Of a stretch of 64,000 nucleotides of DNA, positions 56,737 through 64,000 are shown piece by piece; within the stretch, counting starts at the first letter, position 1; every line of letters begins with the position of its first letter. The stretch lies in NCBI GenBank assembly GCA_017939155.1, contig JAGAZZ010000006.1, positions 7,564-71,563 on the forward strand, given 5' to 3'. The translations under genes and the position numbers were made by a program. The notes under the pieces were generated by a model. It did no database searches, was not told the DNA's origin, and saw only the letters and a program-made list of their open reading frames with translations. Origin of the DNA: Alphaproteobacteria bacterium. Lineage in GTDB: Bacteria > Pseudomonadota > Alphaproteobacteria > RF32 > CAG-239.

Positions 56737-57091
56737 GTGCGTATGGCTTAAATCCTTCTTTATAAGAAAACACAATCTCTGCCGTGTTGTTCGTATCCCT
56801 CACAGCTTTATCTAACGCCTGCGCTTTGTTTTCCGGCACATAAAAACGTCCTGCCCCCCCAAACGCCAACTTAGGACACAAACCACCTTCAAATTGCGTA
56901 CAATCCGTATTATCCCAGTCTAGCCAATACGAAATATAATGCCCCGAAAGCAAATCCCACGGGTCATATCCGCGCAACCGCACCACAACCTCTCGCCCCT
57001 GATTGCGCTGATGTGCAATTTCTGTCATCCAAACCAGCATAATCATCACCGGCAAAAACACTAACCCCACATAGCCGTATTTTTTAAGCAT
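56684..57091 (-). CDS. GDYXXLXY-domain protein
   Basis: An N-terminal TM and LRGYDPWDLLSGHYISY, which matches the P.DPrdl.rGdY..L.Y signature. The ATG at 57091 overlaps the upstream DUF2157-like gene. Confidence 0.75.
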   Translation of the reverse strand: MLKKYGYVGLVFLPVMIMLVWMTEIAHQRNQGREVVVRLRGYDPWDLLSGHYISYWLDWDNTDCTQFEGGLCPKLAFGGAGRFYVPENKAQALDKAVRDTNNTAEIVFSYKEGFKPYALRLLVNGESWERAVDKN

Positions 57092-58007
57092 TTTTCTTCT
57101 CCTCTTTTTTAATAAGTTTTGACCACTTGACAACACCTTTTACAAGAGCAATCAACAGCACACCGCTGATAATCAACCCGATACCGGTAGAAAAAAGTCC
57201 GATTTTACCGCCAAGATAAATATATAAACTAAACACCCACAGCCCCGCAAACTTGATATTAAGCCGCACTTTGCCGTAATCCTTAAAATAATGATAAACC
57301 CCGGAAGTCAAAAGCAAAATCAACGCGCTGATAGTCAAATGTAACGAATTCAACCATAAAATATAACCGGCCAACACCAGATAAAACGCAAAACACGCAT
57401 CACGCCTAAGCACTTCTCCCACAACAAAATCAGGCTTATACTTGCTCAAGAGCCAACCGCCGGCATATAACGCCGCATAAACAACCAAAAATTTCTCAAG
57501 TCCAAACGTTTTGTAGTCAAACGCATACATCGCATACCATACCAAAAACAGCGGCACCCAAAACCACGCCACATACTTTTTCTTTGCCGCAAATAACAAC
57601 GGCAGTGTCGCCGCCCACCAAAGCGCAAACAGAAGGTGCATAATATTGCCGCTTAATTGATAAATCTGTATCACCAGCCCGATTGCCGCGCCCACAAACA
57701 AAAACAGCACCACGAGCCATTTTTCCGCTCTATTGTCTTGTCCTTTAAGTTTGTTGGAAACCGCCATTCCTGCCGCCCCGAACAACAACGCAAACATCAC
57801 AATCAGTTTTAAGTTATCGCCGATATATTCCCAATTAGACGCCACCAGCGAAATCACCCCGACCCCGATGGTAAAAATCCCCAGCAAATTCAGCGCCCGC
57901 ATCACAAAACCGCCTGATGAATCATCAAAACTCAAAATCTGTTTTTGCTGTTCCGCCGTAATAATCCCCGCTTTAACCAGCTTGTCTAATTGTTTTACCT
58001 TAAACAT
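57084..58007 (-). CDS. DUF2157-like polytopic membrane protein
   Basis: A cytoplasmic N-terminal helix (LVKAGIITAEQQKQIL) and about 9 TM segments. It is paired with the GDYXXLXY gene, a known association. Confidence 0.7.
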   Translation of the reverse strand: MFKVKQLDKLVKAGIITAEQQKQILSFDDSSGGFVMRALNLLGIFTIGVGVISLVASNWEYIGDNLKLIVMFALLFGAAGMAVSNKLKGQDNRAEKWLVVLFLFVGAAIGLVIQIYQLSGNIMHLLFALWWAATLPLLFAAKKKYVAWFWVPLFLVWYAMYAFDYKTFGLEKFLVVYAALYAGGWLLSKYKPDFVVGEVLRRDACFAFYLVLAGYILWLNSLHLTISALILLLTSGVYHYFKDYGKVRLNIKFAGLWVFSLYIYLGGKIGLFSTGIGLIISGVLLIALVKGVVKWSKLIKKEEKKNA

Positions 58008-58078
58008 AAAAAACTCCTCTCATAACATCATAAAAGGAGCATATTCTCATCACCTTAATAAAACGTTTAAAAACCAAA

Positions 58079-59113
58079 CTATCTTCCGCCAACCTGCCGT
58101 TGCGCCGTTCTCATCTTTTCTGCGGCTATATACCTGGACATTCCCGCACCCTGCTCTTGACACGCCCGCATAACAGCCGTTGCCGCCAGCGCTTTTTTAT
58201 CCATCGGTTCCTTTCTGACAGCACCCACAAATTCTTGAAGCTCTCCGTGACTGAATTCCGGTTTTGCCGTCATATCATAAGTCAATTTCAAAATATCTTT
58301 GTCTGTCGCCGGAATACGCTCCGGATTTTCCGCATACTTCCTCAACGCCGCGTATGTCTTGGGCATAACGTATGTCATAACGCCGCTTTTAACCGCCCTG
58401 TCAACATCCTTGGCATTATGGATTTCATTAACAGTATGATTAATCTGCGAACGTTGATAATTAAAAACTTCAAAGACCTCCTTAGCATACTTCGGATGTT
58501 CTTTCATCACTTTTAAAAGCGCAAACACGTCACACTTGCGTTCATCATCTGTCCCCAGCGCCGCATGAACGCTCTCGTGATATAGCCCGCGCTTTAAAAA
58601 CATTTCTTGGCGCTCCGCCGCCGGAATATGCGCCACAAAACTCTTGCAATCTTCCGTTTTTCTGGGCATTGCATCACCTTTATCCTCTAAGGTAATAAGC
58701 TGCATATTGCCGATATGTTTTGCACAATAATTTGTATTACCGACAATGTCCCCAAAAACCTGCGCCGCATAAAAACGATTCCGCGTCACATCACCAAACA
58801 AAACATCATTTCCGTTTTTTTCATACGACAAATCAGACCCTCTGGCCTGTAACACAAAAAACACCATTTGCGCTTTCAGTTCCTCGTCGCTCATCTCGGG
58901 ATGTGCTTTTTTAGCACACTCAAAACCCTCTTTAACCTGCCGCCCGTTGACAAGCGAAATATCAGGAGCAACCGCTCCGCCGCGCGACATCACACCCGCA
59001 TTATATAACGGGTCTTCCTCAGGCATTTTTAATTCCGCCCCAGCCTCTTTGCCAAGCAAACATAAACCACGGGCAAACCCTTCATATTCAGCGCAAAACT
59101 CATTATAATCCAT
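58079..59113 (-). CDS. Hypothetical protein with an HExxH motif (possible metallopeptidase-like ORFan)
   Basis: 344 aa with GLYHESVHAALG. No signal peptide and no recognised family. Confidence 0.55.
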   Translation of the reverse strand: MDYNEFCAEYEGFARGLCLLGKEAGAELKMPEEDPLYNAGVMSRGGAVAPDISLVNGRQVKEGFECAKKAHPEMSDEELKAQMVFFVLQARGSDLSYEKNGNDVLFGDVTRNRFYAAQVFGDIVGNTNYCAKHIGNMQLITLEDKGDAMPRKTEDCKSFVAHIPAAERQEMFLKRGLYHESVHAALGTDDERKCDVFALLKVMKEHPKYAKEVFEVFNYQRSQINHTVNEIHNAKDVDRAVKSGVMTYVMPKTYAALRKYAENPERIPATDKDILKLTYDMTAKPEFSHGELQEFVGAVRKEPMDKKALAATAVMRACQEQGAGMSRYIAAEKMRTAQRQVGGR

Positions 59114-59226
59114 ATCCGTTCTCCTAAACCAAAGTATACCAAACTTTTACCCCAAAAACAAGCAAAATATGACTTTACATCTTTGTTTTAATACGCTATC
59201 ACTCAACTTAAAAAAGGAGAACTTGA

Positions 59227-59700
59227 ATGTCAAACCTGAAAACCAACGCCATGCGCATTTTAGATAAACACAAAATCACCTACAAAACCTATTGCTACGA
59301 AAGCACCGGCGCCATCTCCGGCGTTGAGGTTGCCGCCGCGCTAAACCAAAACCCCGCACAGGTTTTCAAAACACTTGTCACCACTGCCAAATCAGGCACA
59401 CATTATGTCTTTATGCTCCCCGTTGCCGAAGAGCTGGATTTAAAAAAAGCCGCCCTCGCCGTTAATGAAAAATCTGTTGAAATGCTAAAGCAAAAAGACC
59501 TTCTGCCTTTAACCGGTTATGTTCACGGTGGCTGTTCGCCTGTGGGGATGAAAAAACAATTCAAAACCATTATCCACACCACCGCGCAAAACTTCCCAAC
59601 CATCATCTTCTCTGCCGGACATATCGGCTATCAGGTCGAGCTTTCCTTAAATGACCTAATCTCCATCATCCCCCTCACCACCGCTGACATCATTGCCTAA
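59227..59700 (+). CDS. ybaK: Cys-tRNA(Pro)/Cys-tRNA(Cys) deacylase YbaK
   Basis: T.A.R.L......Y..Y.Y, VFKTLV and GY.HGG.SP.G motifs. 157 aa. Confidence 0.88.
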   Translation: MSNLKTNAMRILDKHKITYKTYCYESTGAISGVEVAAALNQNPAQVFKTLVTTAKSGTHYVFMLPVAEELDLKKAALAVNEKSVEMLKQKDLLPLTGYVHGGCSPVGMKKQFKTIIHTTAQNFPTIIFSAGHIGYQVELSLNDLISIIPLTTADIIA

Positions 59701-59763
59701 ACTTCGCCCCAATAAATTCCTTAATCAGCAATAATTAAGCATCTCAATCGCTTATCATCAAAA

Positions 59764-60576
59764 TCACTCTTTCCGCCCCCATATGTAATGACCGTTCTCA
59801 TCTTTAATCTTAGCCATGTCATCATCTGAAGATGAAGCTTTTATCTGCTCAAAATATTTTTTGAGCGTCTTCATCTGTTTCAGAACAAGCACCGTTTCAA
59901 TCGTAACTGTCATCGTATAATCCTCCGCACACTCAATAATTCCATCTGCCAAAGACAGATTTTTCTCACGCATACAAGCTTTAATTTCTTCCTGTTGTTG
60001 CAAGTTATCGAGACGCGAAATTGCTACCGCAACCGCACTTTTTATCTCGCTTTCCGTTGCGTCTTTCGGCAACGCCGCATAATCTACTGCCGGGTCAAAC
60101 ATATAAGAGGCAAGCAAAGCATCTTCAAAGTTAATTCCCCCTTGTTTGCGAAACGCCTCCATAACTTTTTCAACTTCGGCTGCAAATAAATCCCCGACAT
60201 ATTTCAGTTTTTGCAAATCATATTTTCCCTCTAACAGACTGACATTATTTTTTCTAAACCCTTCAATAACCTTTTGCTTAAATTCAGGCAGATTCATATT
60301 CCCTTTTATCAAAGCAACCCGCAATTCTATATCCTGAACATCATCCGGACGCTCCGCCCGAATATGCTCAATCTCCAACCTATGGTCAGGTATTGTTCCA
60401 TCACTTCCTAAAAAGCTCAATATCAATGAATTTGTATAATCATACAAAAGAATTGTATATTCCACCTCTTCCTTAATCGTATATCTATTTTCCCCAATAA
60501 AAACTGACGCTCTCGCCCCCAAAACCACAAAAACACTTACCCAGCTTGCAAACAAAAAAAGAGCAACTTTTCTCAT
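59764..60576 (-). CDS. Secreted hypothetical protein (ORFan)
   Basis: Signal peptide MRKVALFLFASWVSVFVVLGARA. 270 aa, no family recognised. Confidence 0.6.
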   Translation of the reverse strand: MRKVALFLFASWVSVFVVLGARASVFIGENRYTIKEEVEYTILLYDYTNSLILSFLGSDGTIPDHRLEIEHIRAERPDDVQDIELRVALIKGNMNLPEFKQKVIEGFRKNNVSLLEGKYDLQKLKYVGDLFAAEVEKVMEAFRKQGGINFEDALLASYMFDPAVDYAALPKDATESEIKSAVAVAISRLDNLQQQEEIKACMREKNLSLADGIIECAEDYTMTVTIETVLVLKQMKTLKKYFEQIKASSSDDDMAKIKDENGHYIWGRKE

Positions 60577-60704
60577 AATATGACATTTCCCTATAAATTA
60601 ACTATCAGAGCAATTGTATCAATACGTTAACAAAAAACAAGTCAAATTTAACAAAGAAAACCGCCCCAAAGGAGCGGCTCTCTTTCACAATATTTTAGAA
60701 ATCT

Positions 60705-61715
60705 CTAAAAGTGCTCATCACACTTCTTAATCAACTCTTCAATATTCTCAGGCGGCCAACCCGGAGTTTCCATACCCAAGTGAATTCCCATCTTAGAAAG
60801 AACTTCTTTGATTTCATTCAAAGACTTTCTACCAAAGTTCGGAGTTCTGAGCATTTCAGCTTCAGTCTTTTGAACCAAATCACCGATATAAACAATATTG
60901 TCATTCTTCAGGCAGTTTGCAGAACGAACAGACAATTCAAGTTCATCCACCTTGCGCAAAAGATTTCTGTCAAACGGCAATTCTTCTTTAATATCCTGAG
61001 CTTCGCTTTCCGGTTCGTCAAAGTTAATAAACGGCTTCAATTGGTCTTGCAAAATTCTTGCTGACAAAGCAATTGCATCTTCAGGCGTCAAAACACCGTT
61101 CGTTTCAATAACCATCGTCAATTTATCATAATCGGTATTTTGTCCGACACGTGTCTTATCAACTTTGTAAGAAACTTTTCTGACCGGCGAATAAATCGCG
61201 TCAATAGCAATCACGCCAATCGGCGCATCCGCAACTTTGTTTTGTACCGCCGGCACATAGCCTTTGCCTGTACCAACCGTCATTTCCATATTAATTTTGG
61301 CTCCAGAGTCTAACGTGCAGATAACATGGTCAGGATTCATAATTTCAACATCATGTCCGGTTTCAATCATGCCAGCCGTTACAACCATCGGCCCTTCTGC
61401 TTTCAGACGCATTGTTTTCTGTCCTTCAGAGTGGACAGCAACCGCCAAGCCTTTAATGTTTAAGATAACATCGGTCACATCTTCGCGAACGCCCTCAATA
61501 ACCGAAAATTCGTGCAGTACGCCGTCAATCTTAACGGAAGTAACCGCTCCGCCTTGCAAAGAAGATAATAACACTCTTCTCAACGCGTTCCCGAGAGTTA
61601 AACCAAAGCCTCTCTCTAAAGGTTCAACAACTATCTTAGCAACATTCCTGCCTTCGCCTGGAACAACCTCTAGATTAGTTGGTTTTATAAGTTCTTGCCA
61701 ATTCTTCTGAATCAC
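60705..61715 (-). CDS. rpoA: DNA-directed RNA polymerase subunit alpha
   Basis: Canonical RpoA N- and C-terminal domains ([11 protein letters not shown], ...[20 protein letters not shown]). A terminator hairpin follows directly after the stop. Confidence 0.97.
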   Translation of the reverse strand: MIQKNWQELIKPTNLEVVPGEGRNVAKIVVEPLERGFGLTLGNALRRVLLSSLQGGAVTSVKIDGVLHEFSVIEGVREDVTDVILNIKGLAVAVHSEGQKTMRLKAEGPMVVTAGMIETGHDVEIMNPDHVICTLDSGAKINMEMTVGTGKGYVPAVQNKVADAPIGVIAIDAIYSPVRKVSYKVDKTRVGQNTDYDKLTMVIETNGVLTPEDAIALSARILQDQLKPFINFDEPESEAQDIKEELPFDRNLLRKVDELELSVRSANCLKNDNIVYIGDLVQKTEAEMLRTPNFGRKSLNEIKEVLSKMGIHLGMETPGWPPENIEELIKKCDEHF

Positions 61716-61797
61716 CGGAATACCCTCTTTATTAGTTTATACGCTACAACAAAACAAGCAGAGGAAAGGAGTCTTTCCTCTACTCAAAACTCTAAAA

Positions 61798-62181
61798 TTA
61801 AACTCTGCGGCGTTTTCTTAAACGGCAGCCGTTATGCGGAATAGGAGTTACGTCACGAATGGAAGTAATGGTAAATCCGATAACTTGCAAAGCTCTGATT
61901 GCCGATTCGCGACCAGACCCTGGACCTTTAACTTCAACTTCCAAAGTCTTCATACCATTTTCTTGAGCTTTCTTACCGGCTTCTTCTGCAGCAACTTGTG
62001 CAGCGTATGGCGTAGACTTTCTCGAGCCCTTAAAGCCCTGTGCGCCAGCCGTAGACCAAGAAACAGTATTACCTTGTGCGTCGGTAATCGTAACTCTTGT
62101 ATTGTTAAATGTTGAATTAACATGAGCAACACCGGAGGTGATGTTCTTCTTTTCTTTCTTTTTAATAACTGTTTTTGCCAT
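61798..62181 (-). CDS. rpsK: 30S ribosomal protein S11
   Basis: [19 protein letters not shown]...[18 protein letters not shown] is the canonical S11 sequence. Confidence 0.97.
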   Translation of the reverse strand: MAKTVIKKKEKKNITSGVAHVNSTFNNTRVTITDAQGNTVSWSTAGAQGFKGSRKSTPYAAQVAAEEAGKKAQENGMKTLEVEVKGPGSGRESAIRALQVIGFTITSIRDVTPIPHNGCRLRKRRRV

Positions 62182-62192
62182 CGCTACCTCAC

Positions 62193-62561
62193 TTATTTCT
62201 TCTTGTTCGCAACAGTCTTACGTTTACCCTTACGAGTACGCGCATTCTGCTTCGTGCTCTGACCGCGAACGGGGAGCCCTTTACGATGACGCAAACCACG
62301 ATAGCAGCCCAAATCCATCAGGCGCTTAATGTTTACGCCTACCTCACGGCGCAATTCGCCTTCCACGAGGTAGTCTTTGTCAATTACTTCACGAACTTTT
62401 GCGATGTCTTCGTCAGACAATTCATGTACACGACGTTCACCGGCAACGCCCGCTTTTGCACAGATATTCTGTGCGGTTTCTCTCCCAATGCCATAGATAG
62501 AGGTCAGTGCAATCTCTAATTTCTTGGCAGTAGGAATATTTACACCAGCTATACGAGCCAA
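62193..62561 (-). CDS. rpsM: 30S ribosomal protein S13
   Basis: TTG start. [11 protein letters not shown]...IALT.IYGIG is the canonical S13 sequence. Confidence 0.97.
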   Translation of the reverse strand: MARIAGVNIPTAKKLEIALTSIYGIGRETAQNICAKAGVAGERRVHELSDEDIAKVREVIDKDYLVEGELRREVGVNIKRLMDLGCYRGLRHRKGLPVRGQSTKQNARTRKGKRKTVANKKK

Positions 62562-62636
62562 ATTAACTCTCCATTATACTATAAAATAAATTAAACCATT
62601 CAAAAAGTTGATCACCACTCTTCAAAATTAATGCGG

Positions 62637-62664
62637 ATTATAGGGCATAATTTCTTAGAGTCAA
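62637..62664 (-). promoter_or_regulatory. Near-consensus promoter of the rpsM-rpsK-rpoA operon
   Basis: On the minus strand, TTGACT (62659-62664 rc), 16 nt, TATAAT (62637-62642 rc). It lies downstream of a secY terminator hairpin (GCGCC..GGCGC plus a T-run, about 62745-62780). Confidence 0.6.
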
Positions 62665-62785
62665 CAATTCTTTTAAAAAAAATACATTTTTTCACATTTT
62701 TTTAATAATCGAAATGAAAGCACCCCCTCATTTCAATCAAAAAGCGCCCTGAAAACCTAACTTCAAGGCGCTTTTTCAAAACACT

Positions 62786-64000
62786 TTACTTTTTCTTTTT
62801 ATTAACCAAAGCCGCCTTTTTCAACAGCCCTTCATACTGATAAGCAATCAAATGTGACTGAACTTGGGTCATAAAATCCATCGTTACCTGAACCACGATG
62901 AGCAGAGTCGTTCCACCCAAAACAAACGGAACCGAAAGTTTTGCAATCAGGATTTCCGGCAAGATACACAGCGCTGCCAAATAAAACGCGCCGAGTACCG
63001 TCAAACGAGTAACAACATAATCCAAATACTCGGCAGTATTTTTACCCGGTCTGATACCGGCAATAAATCCACCGTGCTTCTTCAAATTATCCGCTGTTTC
63101 TTCAGGATTAACCACAACCGCTGTATAGAAGAAAGCAAAGAAGACAATCAAAAACGCATACAAAGCCAAATACAACGGCTGTCCGTGTCCTAAATAACGG
63201 CTCAATGTCTGCACCCATTCCGGACCGTTATTTGACCAAATATTAGCCACGGTAATCGGCAACAACAATAAAGCGCTGGCAAAAATCGGCGGAATAACGC
63301 CCGTCGGGTTAACTTTAAGCGGCAAATGAGAACTTTCCGCCGCGCTCATCCGCAAACCAACCTGACGCTTGGGATATTGAACCAAAATTTTTCTTTGTGC
63401 CATTTCAACTTTTAAGATGATATAAACCAAAGCAATGCTCATAACAAACAAGCTCAAAATAACCAAAGGCGACATAGAACCGATACGTCCCAACTCCCAA
63501 GTTTGCGCAATGGCTGACGGAATATTGGCGATAATACCAACCGTAATAATCAAAGACGAGCCGTTACCAACCCCGCGAGAGGTAATCTGTTCACCAAGCC
63601 AAACAATAAACATCGTTCCGCCGGTTAAAGAAATAATCGTGGAAAAGATAAACGTATACGGCGCAATAACAACAGCACTCGTCCCGTCATTGTTAGCAAG
63701 ACTCATCAACCCAACAGCAATACCATACCCCTGAACAATTGTAATCAAAACCGTCAAAAGCTTGGTATAGTGCATCATTTTGCGATGTCCGGCCTCGCCC
63801 TCTTTTTTAAGCGCGGCGAGCGACGGCAAAATGGATTGCCCGAGCTGTAAGATAATAGATGCCGAAATATAAGGCATAATGTTTAACGCAAAAATTGTCA
63901 TACGTTCCAACGCACCGCCGGAAAACATATTAAACATACCTAAAATACCGTTTGAATGTCTGGCAAAAATCTCAGCCAAAACCCGAGAGTCAATCCCCGG
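62786..64000 (-). CDS. secY: Preprotein translocase subunit SecY (N-terminus beyond the right edge)
   Basis: Typical SecY TM pattern (..FALNIMPYISASII.QL..., GTS.LI.V.V..D). The frame stays open to the window end, so the gene is partial. Confidence 0.95.
   Translation of the reverse strand, partial: PGIDSRVLAEIFARHSNGILGMFNMFSGGALERMTIFALNIMPYISASIILQLGQSILPSLAALKKEGEAGHRKMMHYTKLLTVLITIVQGYGIAVGLMSLANNDGTSAVVIAPYTFIFSTIISLTGGTMFIVWLGEQITSRGVGNGSSLIITVGIIANIPSAIAQTWELGRIGSMSPLVILSLFVMSIALVYIILKVEMAQRKILVQYPKRQVGLRMSAAESSHLPLKVNPTGVIPPIFASALLLLPITVANIWSNNGPEWVQTLSRYLGHGQPLYLALYAFLIVFFAFFYTAVVVNPEETADNLKKHGGFIAGIRPGKNTAEYLDYVVTRLTVLGAFYLAALCILPEILIAKLSVPFVLGGTTLLIVVQVTMDFMTQVQSHLIAYQYEGLLKKAALVNKKKK

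Overview
This looks like a chromosomal segment of a low-GC, Alphaproteobacteria-like genome. That is inferred from a circularly permuted two-piece tmRNA (tag ANDNFAPVAVAA), an alpha-type SspB, an EIIA-Man/NPr regulatory PTS pair and an RHH_4-type protein. No database search was run; every product call rests on motifs read from the supplied translations. Most of the window is housekeeping: ftsH, folA, rnhB, prmA, ddl, miaA, mreBCD-mrdA-rodA, ppa, ybaK, a glgB-glgX-malQ block plus a GH13 enzyme, a yejEF-like half ABC importer, NfeD/SPFH, and secY-rpsM-rpsK-rpoA at the right edge. rplQ sits 45 kb from rpoA. The most unusual region is 12.6-14.9 kb. It holds three tandem ~370-nt units, each with a 20-aa hydrophobic peptide gene on the minus strand (promoter, long 5' UTR, sequestered AGGAGG, terminator) and a divergent ~80-nt small RNA on the plus strand that overlaps the UTR. 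This is a type I toxin-antitoxin-like architecture that I cannot assign to a named family. A ~150-nt structured element ('F element') has a covarying UUAC-loop hairpin. It occurs twice in this region, once inserted into toxin copy 1, and a third time next to tRNA-Arg(CCT), where two partial duplicates of the tRNA 3' end mark an integration scar. Other points of interest are a 511-aa protein with a divergent RelA/SpoT-like synthetase motif set coupled to a HAD hydrolase, an orphan VirB2/TrbC-like pilin gene, an orphan beta-class DNA methyltransferase coupled to ptsH, and several ORFan proteins.
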